From the NCBI GenBank assembly GCA_902536485.1, contig CACAXP010000003.1, forward strand, positions 1 through 63,424: a stretch of DNA of 63,424 bases, given 5' to 3'. Every line of letters starts with the position of its first letter. The first letter of the stretch is position 1. The position numbers and the translations under genes were made by a program. The stretch is from an uncultured Alphaproteobacteria bacterium (GTDB lineage: Bacteria > Pseudomonadota > Alphaproteobacteria > Methylaequorales > Methylaequoraceae). Shown piece by piece: positions 30,089-40,375 of this stretch. The notes below the pieces were generated by a model. The model did not search any database and was not told the DNA's origin. It saw only the letters and a list, made by a program, of their open reading frames with translations.

Positions 30089-31547
30089 CTAATTTTTTTA
30101 CCTTAAATAGTAGAATCTTACCATTTCGATTATTGATTTTTTTTATTTTAAATTTTACTATTTCTCCAAGTTTATATTGGTTTTCATGTTTTTCTTCGTA
30201 TTTCCGACTAAAAGTTTTATTATATCTAGCTAGTCCGGAAAATGGAAAGTTAATTGCTTTAATAAAAATTCCAAAATTTTCAACCGAATCAATGAATCCT
30301 TTAAATTCATGATTCCTAAATTTTTTTAAATGATAACTTGACGCTACATCAAATATTGTTCTCTCAATAGAATCTGCTTTTTTTTCTTGGGTGTTAAGGT
30401 GATCAACAAATTCAATTCGAGAATTTTTTTTTTTAAAAAAATAAGAGTCAATCAAGTCTCGGTGAACTACAAGATCTGAATACCTCCTGATTGGTGATGT
30501 AAAATGAACGTAGTAATCAAGCGAAAGACCAAAGTGTCCTTTATTTTCAGTACCATAAAATGCTTTTGACTGTGATCGAAGCAACATATCGTTAAGAAAA
30601 CTTATTTTATTTTCTTTTAAAATTTCTATGATCTTATTAAAATCACACTGCGAATTAAACAAACCAGAGTGATTGAGGTTATATTGTGATATTATTTCTT
30701 TAAGTATTCTTGTTTTTTCACTAGGAGGTTTTTCGTGATTTCTAAAAACAGATTTTATGTTGTTACTTTTTAAATAATGACCAACTATTGTATTAGCGAG
30801 AACCATGAATTCTTCGATAAGCTTATATGATTCCAATTTTTTTTTTTTAATTAAATTTATATTTTTTTCATTATTTGTCTGAATAATATATTCATCAGGA
30901 TCAAAAGATATTTTATTTCTCTTTTTTGAATTTTCTCGAAGAACCTTGAATGTATTAAAGAGATTTAAGACAATTGAAAAAAGCTTATTATTTTTGTTCT
31001 TTTCTAAAAAAATATTTTCGGCTTCTTGGTAGGTTAATCTTGCTATAGATTTAATTACCGCTCTATAGAATTTAAATTTTTTTACTTTTCCATCATCAAG
31101 ATCGATCTCTAAAACCACACTTTTTCTTTTCTTTTTTGGAACTAGAGAACATAAGTTATTTGAGAGTTCTTCAGGTAACATTGGTATTACTTTATTTGGA
31201 AAGTAAAAAGAATTCCCTCTTTTTTTTGCTTCAATATCAATTAAATCACCTTTTTCAACATAAAAACTTACATCAGCAATAGCTATCATTATCTTTGTTT
31301 TTTTTTTATTACATTCTGACCAAACGGCATCATCAAAATCTTTACTATCCTCACCATCAATTGTAACAAAGGGAATATTAGTCAAATCAGAATGATGAAT
31401 AGAGTTTTTATACTTTAAATTTTTAGAAAATTTATTAAGAGCTTTTGAAAATCCTTGCCTTAAACCATTAAATTTAATTTCATTTTCAACTATGTCTGAC
31501 AGGGTGACTTCTTTAATTTTTTTTCTTTGTTTTTTTCTTTTCATCAA
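30069..31547 (-). CDS. rnr: Ribonuclease R lacking N-terminal HTH/cold-shock domains
   Basis: TIDGEDSKDFDDA, LIEEFMVLAN, HFGL...Y.HFTSPIRRYSDL, C-terminal S1; only 492 aa. Confidence 0.9.
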   Translation of the reverse strand: MMKRKKQRKKIKEVTLSDIVENEIKFNGLRQGFSKALNKFSKNLKYKNSIHHSDLTNIPFVTIDGEDSKDFDDAVWSECNKKKTKIMIAIADVSFYVEKGDLIDIEAKKRGNSFYFPNKVIPMLPEELSNNLCSLVPKKKRKSVVLEIDLDDGKVKKFKFYRAVIKSIARLTYQEAENIFLEKNKNNKLFSIVLNLFNTFKVLRENSKKRNKISFDPDEYIIQTNNEKNINLIKKKKLESYKLIEEFMVLANTIVGHYLKSNNIKSVFRNHEKPPSEKTRILKEIISQYNLNHSGLFNSQCDFNKIIEILKENKISFLNDMLLRSQSKAFYGTENKGHFGLSLDYYVHFTSPIRRYSDLVVHRDLIDSYFFKKKNSRIEFVDHLNTQEKKADSIERTIFDVASSYHLKKFRNHEFKGFIDSVENFGIFIKAINFPFSGLARYNKTFSRKYEEKHENQYKLGEIVKFKIKKINNRNGKILLFKVKKLGDDAKK

Positions 31548-33960
31548 TTATTTTAACAGCATCTGATACGGTAAGTTTTTTTTCGCTTAATTCAGATGGT
31601 ATAGGGTAGTTTTTTTTATTGTAAGATAAATAATCTGATCTTCCTTTAATCCCTTTTTTCTTAAAAATTTTTAAGTTTGTTTCAGGATGTTGGCCAACAA
31701 TAACTTCTTTTTGTTCAGATGTTTTTTTTTGAATTAATTCAACTGCTCTATTTATTCCAACAATAGTCACATCATCTTCTTTTAGTGATAAAAATTTATT
31801 GTCATGTTTTAAATAAGGGCCGTAAGGACCCACCGAAGCAATAATATCTTTTTTTGTTTCAGGATGAATACCCACAATTCTGGGTAATGTTAAAAATTTT
31901 AATGCTTTATCCAAATCTATATCTTCATTTTTAAGATTTTTAGGTATGCTGGTTCTTTTTTTCTTATTTTCTGAATTTTCAGTTTCCAAATATCTTCCAT
32001 ATCGTCCAACTTTAAGAAAAACTTTGTTTTTAGTTTCAGGATGTATTCCTATTTCTTTTCCGTCACCAGATAGTTCTTTGTTATCTTCATCAGAGCCTAT
32101 TGCATGACTATATCCACAACCACTTCCATCTTTGTTATAGTTAGTGCATCCAATAAATGGTCCTGTAAATGCAAACTTTATTATAAGGTTTCCATCTATA
32201 CATTTGGGGCATTTATTTTCTTTAAGAATTTCAGGGGATAAAGAGCTTACTTTTTCAATAACTTCTGAAATACTGGTATTTTCCACATTATTTACTGTTT
32301 TATTTAAAATTTCTAAAAAATTATTTAATATTTCTTTCCAATTAAGTTTGGACTCAGTAACAAGATCAAGCTGTTCCTCAAGGTTAGCTGTGAACTGATA
32401 ATCAACAAATTGATTGAAGAAGCTATCAAAAAATTTTGATAATATTTTTCCTTTAGAGGTGGGTATTAAAGATTTATTTTTTATTATTATATAGTTTCTT
32501 TCTTCTAATTTAGTAAAAATTGATACATATGTCGAAGGTCTTCCTATTCCAAGTTCTTCTAGCTTCTTAACAAGGCCAGCTTCCGAGTACCTATTTGGTG
32601 GTTTTGTAAAGTTTTGTTTGATATCTATATTATGTTGATGAAGTATCGCATTTGATTGAAGTTCAGGAAGAGTTTGGGCTTCTTTATCTTTTTCCGAATA
32701 GTTGTAAACTTTTTTAAATCCACTGAATTTTTCAATAGAACCAGAGGCTTTCAATAAAAAGTTTTCACTTTTAATGTAATAAGTAGTTTCTAGACTGACA
32801 CTAGGTGACATTTGTGATGCAAATGTTCTTTTCCATATTAAATCATAAAGTTTAAACTGATTTTCATTGAGTTCAGTTTTTATATCCGAGGGTTTTCTTT
32901 CTAATTCTGTTGGTGTAACAGCTTCATGACCTTGCTGAACAAACTTTGACCTTTCCTTATAGCTTACTGGTTTTTCGGGAAGAAAACTGGTTCCAAATTC
33001 GCTAGTAATTATCTTTCTTAATTTTTCAATTTCACTACTCTTCATTTTATTAGAGTCTGATCTGTGATAAGTAATTAATGCTCCTAGTGAACCTACACCA
33101 TCTTTTAATTCTTGCGCAATTGAGTTAGTTAGTTTTGGACTAAAACCTAATTTAGATGAAGCATCTTGAAGTAATAAAGAATTAGAGAATGGGGAATAAG
33201 GGTTCCTTTTTTTTTCTCTTTTATTAAGAGAATTAAGGAAAAATTTTTCTTTTTTTATTGCCTCTTGAAGCGCCTTAGCTTTTTTTTCATTATTAATAGT
33301 AAATTTATCAAATTTTTTCTGCCCCTGACTTACTATGGTGCATTCAATTTTATGTTTTCTGTTATCTGTTAATTCAATATTTACATCCCAGAATTCTTTG
33401 GATACAAAAACATCGATTTCCTTTTCCTTTTCACATAAAATTTTTAGTGCCGGCGATTGAACTCTTCCTGCTGAGGAACCAAATATAGTCCTTCTTTTTG
33501 TAATAGGAGAAATTTTATATCCAAAAAACCTATCTAAGAACCTTCTTGTGATTGCTGCATTTACAAGATTTTGATTAATTTCTCTTGGGTTATTTATTGC
33601 CGATAGAATGTCTTCTTTCCTTACGGCTGGAAATTCAATCCGTTTAAATTTTTTCCCATCAATTAATTTTTTTTCTCTACAAATTTCTACAAGATGCCAT
33701 GCAATTAGTTCTCCCTCTCTATCTGGATCAAGCGCAAGATAAATTTCATCAGAATCTTTTATTGATTTGATAATAGGATCAATTTTTTTCTTGTCTATCT
33801 CCCAGTCTTTCACAAAATAGTCATTTTTTTCATCAATACCAATGCCACTTCTAGGAAGATCTCTGAAGTGACCGATACTTGCGACTACTTGGAAATTATC
33901 ATCTAAATAATTTTTTATTGTCTTTGCCTTGGCAGGTGATTCAACAACTAAAAGTTTCAT
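31513..33960 (-). CDS. topA: DNA topoisomerase I
   Basis: VVESPAKAKTI, DPDREGE, SAGRVQS, ITYHRSDS, GIGRPSTY, one Zn ribbon and C-terminal repeats (GRYGRY, GPYGPY). Confidence 0.97.
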   Translation of the reverse strand: MKLLVVESPAKAKTIKNYLDDNFQVVASIGHFRDLPRSGIGIDEKNDYFVKDWEIDKKKIDPIIKSIKDSDEIYLALDPDREGELIAWHLVEICREKKLIDGKKFKRIEFPAVRKEDILSAINNPREINQNLVNAAITRRFLDRFFGYKISPITKRRTIFGSSAGRVQSPALKILCEKEKEIDVFVSKEFWDVNIELTDNRKHKIECTIVSQGQKKFDKFTINNEKKAKALQEAIKKEKFFLNSLNKREKKRNPYSPFSNSLLLQDASSKLGFSPKLTNSIAQELKDGVGSLGALITYHRSDSNKMKSSEIEKLRKIITSEFGTSFLPEKPVSYKERSKFVQQGHEAVTPTELERKPSDIKTELNENQFKLYDLIWKRTFASQMSPSVSLETTYYIKSENFLLKASGSIEKFSGFKKVYNYSEKDKEAQTLPELQSNAILHQHNIDIKQNFTKPPNRYSEAGLVKKLEELGIGRPSTYVSIFTKLEERNYIIIKNKSLIPTSKGKILSKFFDSFFNQFVDYQFTANLEEQLDLVTESKLNWKEILNNFLEILNKTVNNVENTSISEVIEKVSSLSPEILKENKCPKCIDGNLIIKFAFTGPFIGCTNYNKDGSGCGYSHAIGSDEDNKELSGDGKEIGIHPETKNKVFLKVGRYGRYLETENSENKKKRTSIPKNLKNEDIDLDKALKFLTLPRIVGIHPETKKDIIASVGPYGPYLKHDNKFLSLKEDDVTIVGINRAVELIQKKTSEQKEVIVGQHPETNLKIFKKKGIKGRSDYLSYNKKNYPIPSELSEKKLTVSDAVKIIDEKKKTKKKN

Positions 33961-33994
33961 AATCAAAACTTCATATAATTTAAAGAAACAAAAG

Positions 33995-34585
33995 TCAAAA
34001 TTTAATTTTTTTTTTTAGGACGATTTTTGTTTCATTCCCAGTTAATAATCTTTGAATGTTTGAAAAGTGTTTAATCAAAATTAAAAAACTAACAATAATG
34101 AAATAAATATAATTTAAATCAAAAGCAATAGTTGATAATAAATTAGTAATTAAAGCGATAATTGCTGAAAGTGATGAATATTTGAAAATAAATGCACATA
34201 AAAGCCAAGTAAGAGTAAATAAGAGAAAAAGCTGAAAATTATAAGCTAGCAGAACACCAATAAATGTTGCCACTCCTTTACCACCTTTAAATTTTAACCA
34301 TACAGGAAAAATATGTCCAACAATCACAAAAGTCATTGATAAACCAACTACATGACTATTTAGCATTAGAGTAATTTTGATAGCGATGAAACCTTTTAAA
34401 ACATCTAACATTAATGTAAGTAGGCCAAGCATAAGCCCTGAAGTTCTAAGAACATTTGTCGCACCGATATTTTTGGATCCAATGCTACGAGGATCGTCTT
34501 TTTTAAAAATATATGAAATTACTAGACCAAATGGAACAGATCCACATAGATAGGAAAACAAAATTACTAATAAATCATAATTCAT
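33995..34585 (-). CDS. plsY: Glycerol-3-phosphate acyltransferase
   Basis: GSKNIGATNVLR, GHIFPVWLKFKGGKGVAT, KHFSNI.RL..G.E. Confidence 0.97.
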   Translation of the reverse strand: MNYDLLVILFSYLCGSVPFGLVISYIFKKDDPRSIGSKNIGATNVLRTSGLMLGLLTLMLDVLKGFIAIKITLMLNSHVVGLSMTFVIVGHIFPVWLKFKGGKGVATFIGVLLAYNFQLFLLFTLTWLLCAFIFKYSSLSAIIALITNLLSTIAFDLNYIYFIIVSFLILIKHFSNIQRLLTGNETKIVLKKKIKF

Positions 34586-35897
34586 AAACTAATCTACCTC
34601 TTACAAAGGTCATCAAGTTTTTTCCCTCAACAAGCATTCCGTCAAAGGGAGAATTTTTTGATTTTCCATGAAATTTTTCTGGATTGACTTTCCATGGTTT
34701 TGAAGTTGAAAAAATACAAAGATCAGCCTCCTTTTTTTTTTCTATTTTTCCAACATCCAATTTTAATATTTTTGCTGGGTTGATAGTAATCAAATTCATG
34801 GCTTTTATTAGATCAATCTTTTTGTTATTTACTAAACTTAAAGTCAGTGGTAATAAAGTTTCTAGTCCAATACCACCAAATTCTGCTTGGTTAAAAGGAA
34901 GCCTTTTTGCATCTTGGTCTTGGGGTGTATGATCGGATGAGATTGCATCAATAGTACCATCACAAATTCCTTCAACAATACTTTCTCTATCTTCCTCATT
35001 CCGTAGAGGAGGAGAAAGTTTTGAAAAAGTTCTATAATTTTCTAAAGAAAGCTCATTAAGAATAAAATATGGTGGGGCAGTATCACATGTAACAGGTAAA
35101 CCATTTTTTTTTGCTTTCCTAATTATTTCAACAGTTTCTTTTGTTGAGATATGACTTACATGATATCTACAGTTAGTCTCTTTAACCATCCATAAATCTC
35201 TTTGTACTATCATTGCTTCTGCATAACTAGGTATTCCTAATAAACCCATTCTTGTTGAAATTTCTCCCTCATTTGCAACTCCATTACCTTTTAAGTAAGG
35301 ATCTTCAGCATGTTGAATTATTAATCCATCAAAAGATTTTGCATAATTCAATGCTCTTCTCATAACTCTAGTGTTCGAAATTGTTTTATAACCATCAGTA
35401 AAGCCAACAGCTCCAGAGTCTTTCATTAGACGAAGTTCACAAATCTCTTTTCCTTCAAAATTTCTTGTAATGCATCCTGTGCAAAAGATTTTACTGAGAG
35501 CAACCTCTCTAGCTCTTCTTTGGATACTATGAATTATTGCCGGTTGATCAATTGGAGGTAATGTGTTTGGCATACATATAATTGATGTTATGCCTCCACT
35601 AGCAGCTGCTTTAGACGCACTTTCTATTGTTTCTTTATGTTCCAACCCAGGCTCAGTGATATTGACTCTCATGTCAACTAGACCTGCAGCAACGTATAAT
35701 CCTTCACATTCTATTACAATAGTTTTAGGATCAATTTTGTTGGTTAAATTTTTGTCGATGTCTTCTATAATTTTATCTTTAATGAAAATGTCGTTCTTCA
35801 AAATTCTATTCTTTACATTATCTATTACCAAACAATTTTTGAGTAGATAACTCTGTGATGAGTTTTTGCTGCTATTGAAGTTTTTCTTACTTTTCAT
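34575..35897 (-). CDS. pyrC: Dihydroorotase-family protein, probably non-catalytic PyrC'
   Basis: Amidohydrolase fold, MPNT.P, KLSPPLR, SDHTP, KSKNSPF; DxHxH motif reads DMRVN. Confidence 0.85.
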   Translation of the reverse strand: MKSKKNFNSSKNSSQSYLLKNCLVIDNVKNRILKNDIFIKDKIIEDIDKNLTNKIDPKTIVIECEGLYVAAGLVDMRVNITEPGLEHKETIESASKAAASGGITSIICMPNTLPPIDQPAIIHSIQRRAREVALSKIFCTGCITRNFEGKEICELRLMKDSGAVGFTDGYKTISNTRVMRRALNYAKSFDGLIIQHAEDPYLKGNGVANEGEISTRMGLLGIPSYAEAMIVQRDLWMVKETNCRYHVSHISTKETVEIIRKAKKNGLPVTCDTAPPYFILNELSLENYRTFSKLSPPLRNEEDRESIVEGICDGTIDAISSDHTPQDQDAKRLPFNQAEFGGIGLETLLPLTLSLVNNKKIDLIKAMNLITINPAKILKLDVGKIEKKKEADLCIFSTSKPWKVNPEKFHGKSKNSPFDGMLVEGKNLMTFVRGRLVYEL

Positions 35898-36849
35898 TGT
35901 TTAATTTATTTTCAACTATCGTTTTTAAACAAGCCATTCTTACAGCGACTCCCATTTGTACTTGTTCAAAGATCGCAGATCTATCTAAATCATCTGCTAA
36001 CTCAGAATCAATCTCAACACCTCTGTTCATTGGTCCAGGATGTAAAACTAAAGCATTTTCATCAGCATAATTTAATTTCTCTCTATCGAGTCCATAATAT
36101 CTAAAATATTCTCTTATTGAAGGAACAAAAGAACCTGACATTCGTTCAAGTTGAAGTCTAAGCATAATTATAATATCAACATTTTTCAGCCCACTTTTCA
36201 TTTCATAAAAAACCTTTACTCCCAAAGATTCGATATTTTTAGGAATTAAAGTAGCTGGACCTATTACACGAGTCTCTGCCCCTAAAGTGTTTAAAAGATG
36301 AATATTTGAGCGAGCTACTCTGCTATGCATTATATCCCCACATATAGCGACTTTTAAGCCAGAAATCTTTCCTTTTCTTTTTTTAATTGTAAGTGCATCA
36401 AGAAGTGCTTGTGTGGGGTGCTCATGGGGACCATCCCCTGCATTTATAACACCGCAGTTCACTTTTTCCGATAGTAATTTTACTGCCCCAGCATCTTGAT
36501 GTCTGACTACCAAAACATCTGGCTGCATAGCATTTAAGGTCATAGCTGTATCTATCAAGGTTTCACCTTTCTTAATAGCACTGGAGGCCACAGAAATATT
36601 TAACATGTCTGCCCCTAATTTTTTACCTGCTAATTCAAAGGAGGTTCTAGTTCTTGTTGAGTTTTCAAAAAAAAGATTGATACAAATCTTATTTTTTAAA
36701 TAATTTAGTTTTTCTGTTTCTTCTTTATCTAAATGCATCGCAAAATGCTCTGATAATTCTAGTAAATAATTTAGATCTGGTGGGGTTAAACCCTCGATTC
36801 CTAGGAGATGATGATGTGGAAACTTAATTAATGATTCATTGTTTATCAT
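35887..36849 (-). CDS. pyrB: Aspartate carbamoyltransferase catalytic subunit
   Basis: [33 protein letters not shown]. Confidence 0.98.
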   Translation of the reverse strand: MINNESLIKFPHHHLLGIEGLTPPDLNYLLELSEHFAMHLDKEETEKLNYLKNKICINLFFENSTRTRTSFELAGKKLGADMLNISVASSAIKKGETLIDTAMTLNAMQPDVLVVRHQDAGAVKLLSEKVNCGVINAGDGPHEHPTQALLDALTIKKRKGKISGLKVAICGDIMHSRVARSNIHLLNTLGAETRVIGPATLIPKNIESLGVKVFYEMKSGLKNVDIIIMLRLQLERMSGSFVPSIREYFRYYGLDREKLNYADENALVLHPGPMNRGVEIDSELADDLDRSAIFEQVQMGVAVRMACLKTIVENKLNNEK

Positions 36850-36894
36850 TAAAATGGCATATTAAACCTTTTAAAATTTTCTTCAAGAGGGTAA

Positions 36895-38118
36895 TTAAAT
36901 AATACCTTCATCTTTAAGTCTTTTAATTTCTGGAATTGAAATTTTTAGAAACTTTTTTAGAAACTTTTTCGTGTCTTCACCCAAAGTTGGAGGTGTTTTT
37001 TTATATCTTATTTTTGATACTGAAAAATTCATAGGACTTCCAACTATATTTATTTTTCCAGTTTTCGATTTTTTATGTTTCATATTTATTTTCATTTTTC
37101 TTGATTTCACTTGAGGGTCACTGAAAACTTGTTCAATATTATTTATTGGTCCGCATGGTACATTTATTTTTGTTAGTCCCTGAACCCATTCTTTAATTGT
37201 TTTTTTTAAAATAGTTTTCCCTATAATTTTATTAAGTTCTTTTCGATTTTTTACTCTTGATGAATTACTTTTAAATTTAGAATTTTCACATAAATCATAT
37301 AAACCAGAGAATTGGCAAAAATTTTTAAACTGTCTGTCGTTAGCAATAGCTAAAACCATCAATCCGTCCTTTGCTTTAACAGTCTGGTATGGAACTATTG
37401 ATGGGTGATCGTTTCCAATTCTATCTGGAATCTTTCCTGATATTAAATAACTTTGAGCAACGTAACTTAACCATGAAACTTGAGAATCTAAGAGAGATAT
37501 GTCTAAATGTTGACCTAATGATGTTTGATCTCTAAATCTTAAGGCAGATAGTATTGAAATAGTTGCATATAGACCAGTTATTATATCTGAAACTCCAACC
37601 CCAATCTTAGTTGGCAGACCTTTTTTTTCTCCTGTAATACTCATTATTCCTCCCATCGCCTGAACAAGGTAGTCATAACCTCCTCTAGATGCATAAGGTC
37701 CATTCTGTCCAAAACCCGTTATTGAGCAATAAATTATTTTTGGATTAATTTTTTTTATACTTTTATAGTCTAACCCGTACTGCTTTAGATTTCCTGCTCT
37801 AAAGTTTTCTACCAGAACATCACACTTCTTGATGATTTTTTTTGCGAGAACTTGCCCTTTTTTTTTTGTTAGATCTATTGTTACGGAATGTTTATTGCGA
37901 TTAACACTCAGATAATATGCACTTTCTTTTGGATCTGTTGCATTGCTATCTAAATATGGTGGACCAAGATTTCTTGAATCATCTCCTGTTATTGGTCTTT
38001 CAACTTTAATAATATTTGCACCTAAATCTCCTAAAATCTGAGTAGCTGTTGGTCCAGCTAAAACTCTTGTAAGATCGAACACGTTAATACCTTTAAGAGA
38101 TTCTTTTTTTTTTGTCAT
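36895..38118 (-). CDS. Family III CoA-transferase (CaiB/BaiF)
   Basis: DLTRVLAGP, IKVERP..GDDSR, NRNKHS, ENFRAG, ITGFGQ.GP....GYD. Confidence 0.93.
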   Translation of the reverse strand: MTKKKESLKGINVFDLTRVLAGPTATQILGDLGANIIKVERPITGDDSRNLGPPYLDSNATDPKESAYYLSVNRNKHSVTIDLTKKKGQVLAKKIIKKCDVLVENFRAGNLKQYGLDYKSIKKINPKIIYCSITGFGQNGPYASRGGYDYLVQAMGGIMSITGEKKGLPTKIGVGVSDIITGLYATISILSALRFRDQTSLGQHLDISLLDSQVSWLSYVAQSYLISGKIPDRIGNDHPSIVPYQTVKAKDGLMVLAIANDRQFKNFCQFSGLYDLCENSKFKSNSSRVKNRKELNKIIGKTILKKTIKEWVQGLTKINVPCGPINNIEQVFSDPQVKSRKMKINMKHKKSKTGKINIVGSPMNFSVSKIRYKKTPPTLGEDTKKFLKKFLKISIPEIKRLKDEGII

Positions 38119-38582
38119 AAATTTATATTTTCTCTAAAAAAATCATCTAAAATAATTTTTGCAGCAAACTTATCTAACTTTTTTCTTTGTTCTTTTAAAT
38201 TTTTAAAAATATTTTGTGTTATCTCTTCAGCCTCAAAACTAGTATAGCTCTCGTCCCAAAAAAAAATAGGTAATTCATTATTTTTATTTTTTAAAAAATT
38301 ATCTATGTTTTTTGTGATGTCTTCTATCATTTGACATGATTTATTTTTTTTTTCAGATTCAGATAAAGGTAGACCTACAAGAATACCTCCTGGATAAAAT
38401 TCTTTGATAATTTTAAATAATTCAGAGTAAAGATTTTTTTTTGAAAAAACAAATAGTGGAGTTACAATAAAATGTTTTTGATCTGAGATTGCACTTCCAA
38501 TTTTACTTTTTCCAATATCTAAAGATATTATTCTTTTATTCATTGTAAGATTCAAAAACTCTTTTATATTGCGAATTAACAT
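38115..38582 (-). CDS. ruvX: Holliday junction resolvase-like/pre-16S nuclease RuvX (YqgF)
   Basis: SLDIGKSKIGSAISD, VGLPL, WDESYTS, D.FAA.IIL. Confidence 0.9.
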   Translation of the reverse strand: MLIRNIKEFLNLTMNKRIISLDIGKSKIGSAISDQKHFIVTPLFVFSKKNLYSELFKIIKEFYPGGILVGLPLSESEKKNKSCQMIEDITKNIDNFLKNKNNELPIFFWDESYTSFEAEEITQNIFKNLKEQRKKLDKFAAKIILDDFFRENINL

Positions 38583-38634
38583 ACCTAGTGTTATTTATAC
38601 ATTTATTTAAAATAATTTTAACCAGAATTATACA

Positions 38635-38922
38635 ATGTCAATTGATAACAAAACCGTAAAAAAAGTCTCTAAACTTGCAAAAATAAGAATCAATGAACAA
38701 GAAGAATCAAAACTTATTGAGGAGTTAAATAATATTCTTGGATGGGTAGATGAGCTAAAAAAAGTGGATACCGAGAAAATAGAACCAATGCTATCAGTTT
38801 TTAATGAATCTATGGTTATGAGAAAGGATGAGGTGTTCTCTGAAACCTCCGACGAATTAGTTCTTAAAAATGCTCCAGAGAGTAAATCTGGCTTTTTTGT
38901 TGTACCAAAGGTAGTAGAGTAG
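38635..38922 (+). CDS. gatC: Asp/Glu-tRNA amidotransferase subunit C
   Basis: VSKLAKI, MRKDEV, NAPE...FFVVPKVVE. Confidence 0.96.
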   Translation: MSIDNKTVKKVSKLAKIRINEQEESKLIEELNNILGWVDELKKVDTEKIEPMLSVFNESMVMRKDEVFSETSDELVLKNAPESKSGFFVVPKVVE

Positions 38923-38923
38923 A

Positions 38924-40375
38924 GTGATAGACTTTAAAAACTTAGATATTTCTACTACTAAAGAATGTCTTCTAAAAAAAGAATTTAGCTCACTTGAACT
39001 TACAAAATTTTTTATCGATAGAATTGAAAAGTCAGACCTTAATTGTTTCATAACTAATACATTTGAGAATGCAATTGAAATGGCAAAAGAATCTGATAAA
39101 AAAATTTCGAGAAATAGAGAAATTAGAGATTTAGAGGGTATCCCCATTGGTATGAAAGATCTTTTTTGTACTAAAGGAGTTAGAACAACTGCTGGTTCAA
39201 AAATTTTAGAGAATTTCATCCCCTTTTATGAATCAACTGTTTCAAACAATTTAATAAATGATGGTGCGGTAATTCTTGGAAAAACAAATATGGATGAATT
39301 TGCAATGGGTTCTGCTAATACCACCAGTTTCTTTGGCAATGTAATAAATCCTTTAAAATCTAGTGAAGAAGATACCAAAGATCTTGTTCCAGGTGGGTCT
39401 TCAGGAGGATCAGCATCTTCAGTTGCCGCAAATTTATGTATGGCAGCCACTGGTTCAGATACTGGTGGTTCAATAAGACAACCAGCGTCTTTTTGCGGAT
39501 TGGTTGGATTAAAACCAAGTTATGGAAGATGTTCTAGATTTGGTATGATAGCTTTTGCGTCCTCGTTAGATCAAGCAGGCCCAATTACAAAAACAGTAAA
39601 AGATGCAGCATTAATGTTGCAGTCGATGAGTAGCTATGATGAGAAGGATTCTACAAGTTCTAGAAAACCAATTCCTCAGTATCTTGATTTTCTTAATTTT
39701 GATATTAAGGGAAAAAAAATTGGTCTGCCAACAGAATACAAAGTTGAAGGTCTTAATTCAGATATTGTTAAAGTTTGGGATGACACAATTAACTTATTTA
39801 AAAAAAATGGTGCAGAAATAGTAAATATTTCTCTTCCACATACAAGCTTTGCGCTACCGACATATTATATTATTGCTCCAGCAGAGGCATCTGCTAATCT
39901 TGCAAGATATGATGGGGTTAAGTATGGATTTAGGGAAAATAGTGACGATCTTGAAGATATGTATGAACTTACAAGGGCTAAAGGTTTTGGAGATGAGGTT
40001 AAAAGAAGACTAATGATAGGAACATATGTATTATCAGCTGGTTACTATGATGCCTATTATCTAAAAGCTCTTAAAGTTAGACAATTAATTTCAGATGATT
40101 TTAAAAGCGCATTTGAAAAATGCGATGTAATTCTTACGCCGACCACACCAAATGTAGCCTTTCCAATTGGAGAAAAGCAAAAAGATCCAATTGAAATGTA
40201 CCTTAATGACGTTTTGACAGTGCCCGCGAGTTTAGCAGGCCTTCCTGCAATTTCAGTAACTGCAGGTAAAAATTCCATGAACCTTCCTATTGGTATGCAA
40301 GTTATAGGAAAACCTTTTGACGAAATTTCAATACTTGCTGCAGGAAAATTGATAGAGGAGTATAGAGGTTTTTGA
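38924..40375 (+). CDS. gatA: Asp/Glu-tRNA amidotransferase subunit A
   Basis: KDLFC, GKTNMDEFAMGS, PGGSSGGSA, GSDTGGSIRQP. Confidence 0.98.
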   Translation: MIDFKNLDISTTKECLLKKEFSSLELTKFFIDRIEKSDLNCFITNTFENAIEMAKESDKKISRNREIRDLEGIPIGMKDLFCTKGVRTTAGSKILENFIPFYESTVSNNLINDGAVILGKTNMDEFAMGSANTTSFFGNVINPLKSSEEDTKDLVPGGSSGGSASSVAANLCMAATGSDTGGSIRQPASFCGLVGLKPSYGRCSRFGMIAFASSLDQAGPITKTVKDAALMLQSMSSYDEKDSTSSRKPIPQYLDFLNFDIKGKKIGLPTEYKVEGLNSDIVKVWDDTINLFKKNGAEIVNISLPHTSFALPTYYIIAPAEASANLARYDGVKYGFRENSDDLEDMYELTRAKGFGDEVKRRLMIGTYVLSAGYYDAYYLKALKVRQLISDDFKSAFEKCDVILTPTTPNVAFPIGEKQKDPIEMYLNDVLTVPASLAGLPAISVTAGKNSMNLPIGMQVIGKPFDEISILAAGKLIEEYRGF

